From Octopus bimaculoides (lineage: Eukaryota): DNA of 35,757 nt. Numbering within the stretch: position 1 is the stretch's first letter; each line of letters opens with the position of its first letter. Location of the stretch: positions 14,689,071 to 14,724,827 of the forward strand of contig NC_069000.1 of the NCBI RefSeq assembly GCF_001194135.2. The letters are read 5' to 3'. Below the pieces are notes generated by a model. It saw only the letters and a program-made list of their open reading frames with translations. It did no database searches and was not told the origin of the DNA. Of the stretch, positions 11,510 through 24,253 are shown in pieces. Both the position numbers and the translations under genes were made by a program.

Positions 11510-12097
11510 ATTTCGCAATGTTTTAATTTTCTCCTGTCCCACCCCAATTTCTTCATATTTTTACTTTTCTCTAAATTTTTTATTGGTAATCCACAGAGAG
11601 TATGAATCTTCCTTTTTTCTTAAAGAAACACTAAAATCTCCTTCCCAAACATCCATCCATATCGCCTCACCACTTTCAAAAAGCTACAANNNNNNNNNNN
11701 NNNNNNNNNNNNNNNNNNNNNNNNNNNNNNNNNNNNNNNNNNNNNNNNNNNNNNNNNNNNNNNNNNNNNNNNNNNNNNNNNNNNNNNNNNNNNNNNNNNN
11801 NNNNNNNNNNNNNNNNNNNNNNNNNNNNNNNNNNNNNNNNNNNNNNNNNNNNNNNNNNNNNNNNNCAGAGGGAGGTTTTACCTTTTTGAAAGCAGGTAGG
11901 TGATGGGTGGGCAGGGTAGGGAGAAAGGGTAGAGTGCTTCTTTAAAAAAAATTAAATTTGAAAAAAAGGAAAAAAAAAAAAAAAAATCCCAGATTCGTAA
12001 TCTGTATTTTTCTGTGGATAAAAAGAAAAAAACTTTGAAAAAAATTACAAATTAAGAAATTGCAGTGGAGACAGTAGGAAATTAAAATTTTGAAAAT
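11510..12097. repeat. Imperfect ~200-bp inverted repeat flanking an assembly gap
   Basis: Left arm and reverse-complemented right arm share the blocks ttttaattt, caatttctt, atccacaga, gaatct, ttaaagaa.cact and ctttcaaaaag.ta.aa in the same order. Confidence 0.75.
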
Positions 12098-12358
12098 GTG
12101 ATTTCTGGGCAGAATCGTATTAACCCCACTTTTATACAATGAAACAATACATAGTTTGTGATCCTTCTTAAGAACAGAAAGCACTTTCAAGCAAACCCAT
12201 GCAAATTGTACCCACCCTACCTTCACTTTCAAACAAACAATAACTTCCATTACGCTGTGCCGAATCTGGCCATAAGAAAGGAACAAATAATACAATGTGG
12301 CTCTAGGACATAATATCCAGGCAACGCCAGGATGATTTGCTAGTGTATGTATGTATGA

Positions 12359-12434
<76 letters not shown>
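12359..12434. repeat. (GT)n microsatellite running into a gap
   Basis: Pure gt repeat. Many other (TA)n, (CA)n, (GA)n and (ATA)n tracts occur, e.g. 13480-13530, 13830-13975, 18740-18800, 27115-27200, 29505-29885, 33900-33960. Confidence 0.98.
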
Positions 12435-13478
12435 NNNNNNNNNNNNNNNNNNNNNNNNNNNNNNNNNNNNNNNNNNNNNNNNNNNNNNNNNNNNNNNNNN
12501 NNNNNNNNNNNNNNNNNNNNNNNNNNNNNNNNNNNNNNNNNNNNNNNNNNNNNNNNNNNNNNNNNNNNNNNNNNNNNNNNNNNNNNNNNNNNNNNNNNNN
12601 NNNNNNNNNNNNNNNNNNNNNNNNNNNNNNNNNNNNNNNNNNNNNNNNNNNNNNNNNNNNNNNNNNNNNNNNNNNNNNNNNNNNNNNNNNNNNNNNNNNN
12701 NNNNNNNNNNNNNNNNNNNNNNNNNNNNNNNNNNNNNNNNNNNNNNNNNNNNNNNNNNNNNNNNNNNNNNNNNNNNNNNNNNNNNNNNNNNNNNNNNNNN
12801 NNNNNNNNNNNNNNNNNNNNNNNNNNNNNNNNNNNNNNNNNNNNNNNNNNNNNNNNNNNNNNNNNNNNNNNNNNNNNNNNNNNNNNNNNNNNNNNNNNNN
12901 NNNNNNNNNNNNNNNNNNNNNNNNNNNNNNNNNNNNNNNNNNNNNNNNNNNNNNNNNNNNNNNNNNNNNNNNNNNNNNNNNNNNNNNNNNNNNNNNNNNN
13001 NNNNNNNNNNNNNNNNNNNNNNNNNNNNNNNNNNNNNNNNNNNNNNNNNNNNNNNNNNNNNNNNNNNNNNNNNNNNNNNNNNNNNNNNNNNNNNNNNNNN
13101 NNNNNNNNNNNNNNNNNNNNNNNNNNNNNNNNNNNNNNNNNNNNNNNNNNNNNNNNNNNNNNNNNNNNNNNNNNNNNNNNNNNNNNNNNNNNNNNNNNNN
13201 NNNNNNNNNNNNNNNNNNNNNNNNNNNNNNNNNNNNNNNNNNNNNNNNNNNNNNNNNNNNNNNNNNNNNNNNNNNNNNNNNNNNNNNNNNNNNNNNNNNN
13301 NNNNNNNNNNNNNNNNNNNNNNNNNNNNNTCTATATATATATACACACACTCATATATGTACATGCATACATACATATAGCTTAGGACAAAAGGCAATGC
13401 TCATGACCTTTTTACTGGGGTTCCCAGACTGTGTCCCTTACACAACTTTAAACTGTAGCAATAGTGAAAATTATATAA

Positions 13479-13533
<55 letters not shown>

Positions 13534-14846
13534 TATTTATGTCTGAAACAATGATCTCTATAATCTCTATGCTAAAATAATAAATAAATGAATTTTACAA
13601 CGGTAAGAAAAAACAAAAGCTAGAACAACAAAACTGGGAACGTAAAATAAGAAAAGAGCCAAGTTTGAATATGTCACACTGCATGTGTGAAAGATCCTTT
13701 GTTCAATGTTATTGATTTTTTTTTTCCTCCCTGCTTTCCCTTTTTGTAATTGGGTGCACGTATGACAGAAAGAAACGTGTGTATGTGTGTGTGGTTTGCG
13801 TTCTGACAAAGATGATACAGTGCGTATATGTAAGAGAGAGAGAGAGAGAGAGAGAGTGTGTGTGTGTATGCATGTGTACATGTGTGTGCATTGATGCTAT
13901 GAAGTGTCTCATAAATCTCCTTCTTCCTCATGAATGTAGGATTATTATAATAATAATAATAATAATAATAAAATGTATATATATATATTTGTAAAATGAA
14001 GGGAGAGGGAGAATGAGGTTTGCATGTACAACATTTGAGCATATGCGTATTACTCACGTGTATGCACACGCATGCATATGAATAACTGAATTATACAAGA
14101 TTGTGTTGTCTTTTCAGCCCCAGCTCAGTTCTGAATGAGCAAAATTATGATCAGAGAGCATTCCGAAAATGACCACACCATCGCATGAAAATAGTGTAGA
14201 GTGCAAAACATGATCTAACGTATGCATCTTTTGTTGAGCCCGCAGGGTAAGATTCAAAAATTTTGGCTATGCATGGCTATTCTGAGCAGGTCAAACAGCC
14301 ATGTGCAGGTCTCTCTTATTTTTAGGCAGTTGCATATGCATGCGAGGTGTATATGAGAGAGAGTGAGAGTGAGAGAGAGAGAGAGAAAGATGGAATAGCA
14401 GAAAGGTAGTCTCATACAACTAACATCAAAACATTTGTAGCCGAATCCCACAGAAACTTAAGACAGGGAGACAAAAGTGGAAAACAGTAGACAAGAAGAT
14501 ACAAGAATCTATGCATTCATTATTAAAGAGATTTATTTCAAAAGACTTGATTCCAAATGAAAATCAAAACTAAAAATCACGTTAGCAATACAAAAGCAGA
14601 GTTAAGAATAGAACGCTATATGGACTGAATATTAAATTTTGATGTCTGATTCTTTTTACTGATGCCTAGCAGCATATAAGTATGTATGTATGCAAAGAAC
14701 AAATACACATGCACACAGATTTACATAAAGACACATGCATATGTAAATACACACACACACTTATATTTGTGCATGTGTTGCAGGTCAAACTATTTGTATG
14801 TGAGTGTGTGTGTGTGTGTGTGTAAAAGGAAAATATGTACTAAATT

Positions 14847-14879
<33 letters not shown>

Positions 14880-15570
14880 ATCATTATTTTTTACTTGTTT
14901 CTGTAATTGGGTTGTGACCATGCTGGGGCTGCACCTTGAAGGGTTTTAGTTGAACAGAATTGACCCCCCACACTCTTTGTTTTTAAAGTCAAGTACTTAT
15001 TCTATCAGCCCCCTCATGCTGAACAGCTAAGTTATGGGGACATAAATAGTTGACTGAGGAAAGGGCAAAGGCTGATACAGCTTGGCATCATTGAAGTCAC
15101 AACATATTTCTACAGTTGAGTGAACAGGAGCAATGTGAAATTAAGTGCCTTGCTCAAGAACACAACCTCATGACTGTAAGCCCGACACTAACCACTGAGC
15201 TATGTGCCTTCATGTCTGTGTGTGTGTGTGTGGGTGGGGGTAGGTAGGTAAGTAGATAGATATACACATATATATGTACATACACATAACAGAGTGTATA
15301 TAAACAGTAAAATTATCTTAGAATTTTCTGTTATTTTGATGATGGGGTGCCAAAACATTATGAATTCATATGTAAATATTTCAATGAATACACTAAGATT
15401 ATATTTTCAAGCTTCTTTTTATTTTAGCTGCTTATATAATTATCAAATTATTGCTCTAAACATTTTTCTCCATTTTCATCAAGCTTTCTGCAAAACACTT
15501 TGTACAAGAAAAATCTGCAAGGTATTGAAGAAGCTATTAATTTCTATGGCTCATTTCTAGACAGTGTATA

Positions 15571-15790
15571 CCTTTAGCATTGAAACTGGCCATAATAATC
15601 TGCCCAAATATCGTACCTGTTTTATGTTCAAACTTGCCATATCTGGCCTCTCGCACCAACTCTACAATGTCATTCTAAAATTAAACAATCACACCACTAA
15701 AATTTTGAAGCCCTGAGATAACCCATGGTTAATTCAAAACAATGTGAATAAATAAGCATTACATTAAACAGAGTAATTGAATGGTAATGA
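15571..15790 (+). mobile_element. piggyBac-like MITE, decayed; inverted partial copy at 7518-7649
   Basis: Begins cctttagcat; the other copy ends atgctaaagggTTAA. The two copies share internal sequence (acaatgtcattctaaaattaaaca; aacaatgtgaataaataagca). Confidence 0.7.
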
Positions 15791-16079
15791 CCTAATTCCA
15801 GTGAATTACTTTACACACAAAATGAACATATTCTATCCCTTCTTGCAGCTATTTCCATGTATTGCTTGGTTTTAATACAAGTGTGAATATAAACAGTAAA
15901 AATCTTCTTATGACTCACCAGTATTCCACATGTGCTCATAAATCTTTACAAACACTTGGCAATGAGAAACATGCTCATATTTGGAGATGAAAGAGAACAT
16001 AAATACGGCTATTGCAATAAATGTAGCTTGACCTTATTTTTGAGCAATTCTTCATTTTAGGCTGTATTTGTATTTTTTT

Positions 16080-16405
16080 ACCTGTTTTAGTCATTGGACT
16101 GCGTCCATGACTGGCACAGCCTTGAAAGGTTTAGTCAAGCAAACTGATGCCAGTACTAATTTTTAAGTCTGGAATTTACTTTATCGGTTTCTTTCACTGA
16201 ACTGCAAAGTCCAGCAAAAGGGGAATTTAAAAGAAGCCAACACTGGTTGTCAAATGGTGGGGGGCTTCCAGTTTCTACGTAACAAATTCACTCAGAAGGC
16301 ACTAGTTAGCCCAGGGCTATAATAGAAGTTACTTGCCCAAGGTGCCAGACACTGGGACTGCCTCAAATCCATGTGGTTGCCAAGCAAGCTTCTTAACCAC
16401 AACCA
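16080..16405 (-). mobile_element. Decayed SINE family B (further partial copies at about 4833-4990, 5415-5500, 9795-9850, 14885-15050, 17465-17520, 17590-17690, 20590-20860, 23495-23580, 23800-23910, 24375-24540, 27950-28080, 34490-34660, 34690-34860, 35105-35260)
   Basis: Recurrent motifs caaatccactcacaaggc, gaagacacttgcccaagg, gggactgaacc and gactgcggccatgctgg with substitutions. Confidence 0.75.
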
Positions 16406-17849
16406 CTATAATATTGTTTTAAAACTGGCTTTTTTTTTGCATTTTATCAAGCTCTCTGCTTAACACTTTATTCACATAAAAAAAAAGACACCAGTTGGAC
16501 TTTTTTTTGTTTATTTGGGACACAAACATGCCATTTTTGCTCCAAGTGATGGGAACTTGAAGATATGCAAAAACACACACATTATACAGACAAACACAAT
16601 GATGGGCTTCTGTACTGTTTCCATGCACAACATTTCAATGACAAGGGTATTGATTAATCTGAAGCTATAGGCACTTACCCAAGCGAAGATATCATTACTG
16701 AAACCATGCTCTCATAAAGTGAACTTCTAAACCTGCATCCATACTGAGATACTCACACACACTCACACAAATGTGTACATACATGATGATTGCCTCATCT
16801 TGTCAGCTGATAGCCATCTCACATTCAGCTTGATTGTTCTGATTTACTTTCATCCTTATATGCGAACAGATATGACATTTTACACTACACATTCATCACT
16901 ACAAGACTTTACTGAATATAAAATGGAACAAGAAATGAAAATGATAGTGAGACATTTGTACATCACTGGATTTAAGTGACAAAAGCTTGTACAACATTTT
17001 TGCCACTCTCGGCCGCCATAGTATGTTCCAGTGACAAGCATTGTAAGACAACTGGTACTATTTAGACTGCAAGTTTTATGCCAGAGTATTCTTCTCCTAG
17101 AACAGTTACCTTCCCCACAGCTTTGTCAAAATTATGGGAGCCTCCCCTACCCTTGAGTAATCTATGAATTTCATTTGAGAACAATTAGGTCTTAGTAGAC
17201 ACATTACATGTGATCTTCTTCTAGCACATTAACAGTCCACCTAGTGGTCTTCTTTATATATCCTTATATATACATATACAATAACTCATAGATATAGATA
17301 GAACCTTGTCAGGTTTTACCATTCAGGGTCAGAATGGACCTGGGAGTAATGATAATTGACTCCATACTCTCCAGAACTCCTGAAAGAGAGCTTCATCACT
17401 AGATGCAGATTAATATCATACTTAGGACACACACACATATAAATATATATATACAAGAATCATAGGTACAGTTGTGTGGTGAAGAAGTTAGCTTCTCAAC
17501 CAAAGTCTTGCGAATGGATTTGGTAAACTAATACATGTGTGCTCATGTATTTGTATGCAATAATTGAAAATGAGCTTCATTGTCACACAAGAAGTATTCT
17601 TTATCAATATACAAAGGGCTGCACAATGGGATTGAATGTGAAACCATGTATTTGGGAAGTGAACTTCTTAACCATACAACCATGCCTGTGACTACTGTAC
17701 ACAGAAAATACAGCAAATCAAACATAAAGACAAATTTCTCTCAGTTCATCTGTACTCCATTATTCATGAATACTAATATAACACATCCAGTGGAGCTTGT
17801 TTGCATCATTTTTTTTGTTTTTTTACTCTTCACAAGTCCTCTGCATTAA

Positions 17850-18610
17850 AAACCCATGTCTTTCTACCATATAGCATTGCCTTTCACACACAAGCATAAT
17901 ACAATCTGTGTTTTACTCTCAAAAAGAAATCCTTTGTTACCAGCGAAGATAATAGCTCCCTGACCGTCCACCAACCCATTCTTACTCTGGCTACTATACT
18001 TTTATAGCAGCCAACTTCACTGCTAATTAGGCCACTTAGATAACAGAAGCTATCAACTGTTTCTTGTGAGCCTTCCAAGCACTTGAGAGAATCTATTTCC
18101 TGTGTGCTCTAGTGTTTATTTTCCCCAGTACTTCTGTTGGTGCCTGCCTTCTCCATCAGTCTGTTCATGATTCCACTACACCACTACATCCATAGTTTAC
18201 ACTGAATAGAACATAAGGGATTTCTCCCTATTCTTTTTCTGTGTGTCAAACAAGGCCTTTTCTCTGATATCTTCTACTATTTTAGTTTCCACTAAGCTTA
18301 CCTTGAGGCCACTGCACATTCAGCTACAAGGACTAGGTCATCCATATATAACAGTTCCCATCTTTGTTTTGGCCGGGAGGATTATGATAAATTGATGGGG
18401 ACTGAGAATTGAACACTGGTGGACCTTACCTGCACACTAAATTCACCACTGTAATCATTGCTGACTGCAGTTTTGTACATGGCTTGTACAGACTTCACAA
18501 GCCATTCATCTACCCATAGCTTATTCAGCAACTGCCAGATCACAGAGGAAGTGACCCTGTCAAAGATTTCCATACCAACAAATGCAAGGTACAGTGGCTT
18601 GCATCTAATA
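17850..18610 (-). mobile_element. Decayed RTE-type LINE reverse-transcriptase fragment
   Basis: PLYLAFVGMEIFDRV (cf. LAFVDLEKAFDRV), WELLYMDDLV (YADD), VDSFCYLSG (FCYLG) and MLYGRKTW (LYGSETW), with stops, frameshifts and deletions. Confidence 0.85.
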
Positions 18611-18741
18611 TAGTACTTCTACAGTTGTCTGTATATATATTATTAGGAACTGAAGCTTCTTTGCCGATTATTCAATTATTCAAACAACTATGTGTTGAGT
18701 ACTTTTTTTTCTCCATTCGTAGACACTAATGTTTATCAACC

Positions 18742-18779
<38 letters not shown>

Positions 18780-18805
18780 CACACATATATATATATATAT
18801 ATAAT

Positions 18806-18993
18806 GTGCCAGTGGCACGTAAAAGCACCCACTACACTCCCGGAATGGTTGGCGTTAGGAAGGGCATCCAGCTGTAGAAACTCTGCCAGATCAGATTGGA
18901 GCCTGGTGTAGCCACCTGGTTCACCAGTCCTCAGTCAAATCATCCAACCCATGCTAGCATGGAAAGCGGACGTTAAACGATGATGATGATGAT
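18806..18993 (+). mobile_element. Retroposon family A copy inside a (TA)n tract
   Basis: gtggcacgtaaaagcacccactacact...gttaaacgatgatgatgatgat, matching the other copies. Confidence 0.9.
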
Positions 18994-19424
18994 ATATATA
19001 TATATATATATATAGATAGATAGATAGAGAGAGAGAGAAAGAGTTAAAATGAAATGAATGGATTATATTAAAACTAATTTCTAAACCGGGTAAATGAAGT
19101 AAAGCAGAACAGTAGTTTTTACACTACACGCCATTCACTTTCCATAAACTTTATTGTATAGCTCACAGCTTACTGTGTGAATCTCAGTTTTAGAATAGAT
19201 ACACTGCATCCCTGAACATCATAACAGCCAACTAAAAGGGCATGCAGTCTTAAAATAGTTACTCGCGGCAGGGGAAAAAAAAAATTCCAACCCATACAAG
19301 TAAGGAACACTGAACATAAACTACAGATGAGGGTGATGCTCAGAGCTGATATTTCAGCAGGAAACAAATTAAAACATGGTAGATAAAAAAAATAAAAATA
19401 AAATTAAAAAAAAATTATAGGCGT

Positions 19425-19590
19425 AGGCACAGACATGGCTGTGTGGTAAGAAGTTTGCTTCCCAACAACATGGTTCCAGGTTCAGTCCCACTGCATGGCA
19501 CCTTGGGCAAGTGTTTTCTACTATAGCCTTGGGCCAACCAAAGCTCTGTGAGTGGATTTGGTAGGCGGAAACTGAAAGAAGCCCGTCATG
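19425..19590 (+). mobile_element. SINE family B head half
   Basis: ggctgtgtggtaagaagtttgc...ggaaactgaaagaagcccgtc. Confidence 0.88.
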
Positions 19591-19611
19591 TATAAATATA
19601 TCTCTTTTCTT

Positions 19612-19802
19612 TTCTCTTTTACTTGTTTCAGTCATTTGACTGCGGCCATGCTGGAGCACCGCCTTTATAGTCGAGCAAATCGACCCCAGAGCTTATTCTT
19701 TGTAAGCCTAGTACTTGCCGAACTGTTAAGTTACGGGGATGTAAACACACCAGCATCAGTTGCTAAGCGATGCTGGGGGGATAAACGGACACACAAACAC
19801 AT

Positions 19803-19833
<31 letters not shown>

Positions 19834-20017
19834 CATATATACACATACATATATGACGGGCTTCTTCCAGTTTCCGTCTACCAAATCCACTCACAAGGCT
19901 TTGGTCGGCCTGAGGCTATAGTAGAAGACACTTGCCCAAGGTGCCACGCAGTGGGACTGAACCCTGGAACATGTGGTTGGTAAGCAAGCTACTTACCACA
20001 CAGCCACTCCTGTGCCT
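19612..20017 (-). mobile_element. tRNA-derived SINE family B, full length, with internal (TA)/(CA) microsatellite
   Basis: Head has an A-box-like gctgtgtggtaag and a B-box-like ggttcagtccc; body and gtaaaaga tail are shared with many copies in the window. Confidence 0.92.
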
Positions 20018-20091
20018 ATATATATATTTATGCACGTGTGCCTTTGTGTCTATGCTTGCCCTCTCACTATTGCTTGACAACTTATGTTGCT

Positions 20092-20476
20092 GCTGTGTGG
20101 TAAGTAGCTTGCTTATCAACCACATGGTTCCGGGTTCAGTCCCACTGCGTGGCACCTTGGGCAAGTGTCTTCTACTATAGCGTCGGGCCGACCAAAGCCT
20201 TGTGAGTGGATTTGGTAGACGGAAACTGAAAGAAGCCCGTCGTATATATGTATATATATATATATGTATATGTGTGTGTGTTTGTCCCCCTAGCATTGCT
20301 TGACAACCGATGCTGGTGTGTTTATGTCTCTGTCACTTAGCGGTTCGGCAAAAGAGACAGATAGAATAAGTACTAGGCTTACAAAGAATAAATCCCAGGG
20401 TCGATTTGCTCGACTAAAGGCGGTGCTCCAGCATGGCCGCAGTCAAATGACTGAAACAAATAAAAGAGTAAAAGAG
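20092..20476 (+). mobile_element. SINE family B, full length, young
   Basis: Nearly identical to 22506-23147 apart from that copy's insertion; CpGs retained. Confidence 0.93.
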
Positions 20477-21004
20477 TATAGCCTAGCAGTTTGGCAAAAG
20501 AGACCAATAAAATTAGTGCTAGGCTTACAAAGAAAAAGTCCTGGGGTTGATTTCTTGAAATAAGAAAAAAAAAAACCCTCTAAGACAGTGGTCCAGCATG
20601 GCTGAATGATTAAGATGCTTGCTTTGCAACCACAGTTTCAGATTCAGTCTCGTGTGGAACCTTGAGTATCTTCTACTGTGGTCCCCAGGCTGATCAATGC
20701 CTTGTGAGTGAATGTGGTAGAAGGAAACTGTGTGGAAGCCTGTCATATAATATGTATGTCTTTGTGATTGTCCCCCCACCACTACTTGACAACTAGTGTT
20801 GGTTTGTTTATGTCCCTCTAACTAAGCAGTTTGGCTAAAAAGACCAATGGAATATGTAACACAATTATGTAAAGTAATAATCATATTAAAACTTCAAATG
20901 CTCCTGACGTAAAATGGTAGCAGTAGTCTTGTTTCTCATCAACTCTTTCTACATCTTCATGATCTTTGTCAAGCTGAACAAATGTACGGTGGTGGTGGGG
21001 GAGT

Positions 21005-21287
21005 TGTTGTTGTTGTTGGCACTCCGCCGCTTACGATGTCGAGGGTTCCAGTTGATCCGATCTACGGAACAGCCTGCTCGTGAAATTAACATGCAAGTGG
21101 CTGAGCACTCCACAGACACGTGTACCCTTAACGTAGTTCTCGGGGAGATTCAGCGTGACACAGTGTGACAAGGCTGACCCTTTGAATTACAGGCACAACA
21201 GAAACAGGAAGTAAGAGTGAGAGAAAGTTGTGGTGAAACGAGTACAGCAGGGTTCGCCACCATCCCCTGCCGGAATCTCGTGGAGCT
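21005..21287 (-). mobile_element. SINE family C body with (AAC)n tail, running into a gap
   Basis: Minus strand ends ...gcggcggagtgccaacaacaacaacaac; CpG-rich relative to its flanks. Confidence 0.75.
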
Positions 21288-22064
21288 NNNNNNNNNNNNN
21301 NNNNNNNNNNNNNNNNNNNNNNNNNNNNNNNNNNNNNNNNNNNNNNNNNNNNNNNNNNNNNNNNNNNNNNNNNNNNNNNNNNNNNNNNNNNNNNNNNNNN
21401 NNNNNNNNNNNNNNNNNNNNNNNNNNNNNNNNNNNNNNNNNNNNNNNNNNNNNNNNNNNNNNNNNNNNNNNNNNNNNNNNNNNNNNNNNNNNNNNNNNNN
21501 NNNNNNNNNNNNNNNNNNNNNNNNNNNNNNNNNNNNNNNNNNNNNNNNNNNNNNNNNNNNNNNNNNNNNNNNNNNNNNNNNNNNNNNNNNNNNNNNNNNN
21601 NNNNNNNNNNNNNNNNNNNNNNNNNNNNNNNNNNNNNNNNNNNNNNNNNNNNNNNNNNNNNNNNNNNNNNNNNNNNNNNNNNNNNNNNNNNNNNNNNNNN
21701 NNNNNNNNNNNNNNNNNNNNNNNNNNNNNNNNNNNNNNNNNNNNNNNNNNNNNNNNNNNNNNNNNNNNNNNNNNNNNNNNNNNNNNNNNNNNNNNNNNNN
21801 NNNNNNNNNNNNNNNNNNNNNNNNNNNNNNNNNNNNNNNNNNNNNNNNNNNNNNNNNNNNNNNNNNNNNNNNNNNNNNNNNNNNNNNNNNNNNNNNNNNN
21901 NNNNNNNNNNNNNNNNNNNNNNNNNNNNNNNNNNNNNNNNNNNNNNNNNNNNNNNNNNNNNNNNNNNNNNNNNNNNNNNNNNNNNNNNNNNNNNNNNNNN
22001 NNNNNNNNNNNNNNNNNNNNNNNNNNNNNNNNNNNNNNNNNNNNNNNNNNNNNNNNNNNNNNNN

Positions 22065-22190
22065 GGGGGGGGGGGGAGTCAATTACATTGACCCCCAGTG
22101 CTCAACTGGTACTTATTTTATCGATCCTGAAAGTATGATAGGCAAAGTCGGCCTCAGCGGAATTTGAACTCAGAACATAAAGACAGTGTG
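22065..22190 (-). mobile_element. tRNA-like SINE head (family F); related copy at about 27620-27790
   Basis: B-box-like gagttcaaattcc followed by ...gataaaataagtaccagttgagcactggggtcaatgtaattgac. Confidence 0.75.
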
Positions 22191-22505
22191 CTTAATGACT
22201 CTGGCAGCTTGCCAACTTGTTTTCGTAGAATATTGGAAATGAACAACATTTATTTGCAACAATCATATGTCAAGACACAATCACTCAAACATACATTCAT
22301 ATATACATATATTAGTTATTAATGACAGAAGCTGTATTAGCACCACACGACTTAAGGCTGATAACTCATCTTTACTCAGCCCATCAGCTCTTTGCAACAA
22401 TGGTTTTATTCAAACCACAAGGGTTAAACAAAGAAGGGACAATACACGGGACAAATGGGGTCGGGGACTTATCGAATGATATTGCATATATGAATAAATA
22501 CATGT

Positions 22506-22902
22506 AGGCGCAGGAGTGGCTGTGTGGTAAGTAGCCTGCTTACCAACCACATGGTTCCGGGTTCAGTCCCACTGCGTGGCACCTTGGGCAAGTGTCTTCT
22601 ACTATAGCTTCAGGCCGACCAAACCCATGTGAGTGGATTTGGTAGACGGAAACTGAAAGATGCCCGTCGTATATGTGTGTACCAGAGGGTTTGCAAATCC
22701 AATGGGGGTCTTAAAAGACATGTTAGGATCCACAATGAGCAGAACTTACTTGCAGGTATTGGTAGTGCAAATCAGAGGTGCAATCTGTGTGGGTGTTTTT
22801 TCAAAACACTGTCTGGTTTAAAAAGCCACATCAGACGCCATGAAAGGGCTAAGGTGTAGGTGCAGGAGGTGGTCAAACTCTGTTTAAAGGAGTAGACAAC
22901 CA

Positions 22903-22948
<46 letters not shown>

Positions 22949-23147
22949 ATGTGTTTGGCCCCCTAGCATTGCTTGACAAACGATGCTGGTGTGTTTATGT
23001 CCCTGTCACTTAGCGGTTCAGCAAAAGAGACTGATAGAATAAGTACTAGGCTTACAAAGAATAAATCCCAGGGTCGATTTGCTCGACTAAAGGCGGTGCT
23101 CCAGCATGGCCGCAGTCAAATGACTGAAACAAGTAAAAGAGTAAAAG
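22506..23147 (+). mobile_element. SINE family B, full length, carrying a ~220-bp insertion at its microsatellite
   Basis: Head 22506-22675 and body 22930-23147 match the 20092 copy. Confidence 0.92.
22681..22904 (+). mobile_element. Probable 5'-truncated LINE 3' end encoding tandem C2H2-like fingers
   Basis: Frame reads YQRVCKSNGGLKRHVRIH...CNLCGCFFKTLSGLKSHIRRH, stop at 22857-22859, a 45-nt trailer, then (AT)n. LINE origin is inferred. Confidence 0.55.
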
Positions 23148-24222
23148 GGTATTATTTCGGATGAACATGAAAAAATGTATGGACATGGAATGGGTTTGAC
23201 CCCACCAACCATATTCCTATGTTGAACTATTTATTTCGTCCCTTTGTTCACTCCGCTTAATTAGGCACTTACATCCCCAACATTTGGGCCACTTTCTTCC
23301 ATCTTCTTTTGTACTTTTTTGATGTCAGGCATTTCTTCTCCAGACATGCTTTGCCTAATTAGCCACTGCTTTTCTATATCAGCAGAAGCAAAAATTTAAC
23401 CAGCATTCAGTGAAAGTGGATACCTGCTGCTGATGACAAGCAAACATACAGAAATTATGATCTGGCAGCTCTGCTACAAGCATTGATCATTTTTTATCTG
23501 CTTTGGTCGGCCCGAGGCTATAGTAGAAGACACTTGCCCAAGGTGCCACGCAGTGAGACTGAACCCTGGACCATGTGGTTTCTGTTCTTAGCACTATAAG
23601 TTTATACATAATGCTTTCTCAAGGCAATTATTACAGTATTATGGCATTCTTACAATACATTCATATTAAGTAGGATGTATATGTATATACACACATCATC
23701 ATCATCTTTTAACATCCATTTTCCATGCTAACAGGAGTTGGATGATTTGACAGGAGCTGGTAAGCTCAAAAACTGCACCAAGTTCCACTCTGATGACACA
23801 AAAGACTTTGGCCAGTGTGGGGCTAAAGTAGAAGACACCTAGCCAAGGTGCCATGCAGTGATACTGAACCTGAAACCATGTGGTTGGGAAGTAAACTGCT
23901 TAACCATTCAGTCATTCTCATACCCAAATACTAATGACCTAGTTCTTGTACAGAGAATGTAAGAGGAAAAAATTCCTGGCATGGAAACTAAACTATTTGC
24001 TGCATTCTGCTGTCATCACCTTTGTGAAGTTCAATATCTAGGGACTGGCTTTTATCAATTCTACTTAAGTCCTCTTTTTCCAAAGCTATGGTTGCAGGCA
24101 CTTGCCCAAGGTGACTAAGTAACATTGAACCTGGGGAGTTACATAATTGAGAAATAACCTATTAAATCACTGAGCCATACCGTCATATTACATATATTAC
24201 CCACATATAAACACACACAAGA

Positions 24223-24253
<31 letters not shown>

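Noticed and set aside
3530-14060. Isolated strong minus-strand splice signals (acceptors at 4026 and 10436; donors near 3531, 9773, 11408 and 14058)
   Set aside because: I could not pair them into convincing exons, and such signals are expected by chance in 28 kb of AT-rich DNA. RNA-seq is needed.
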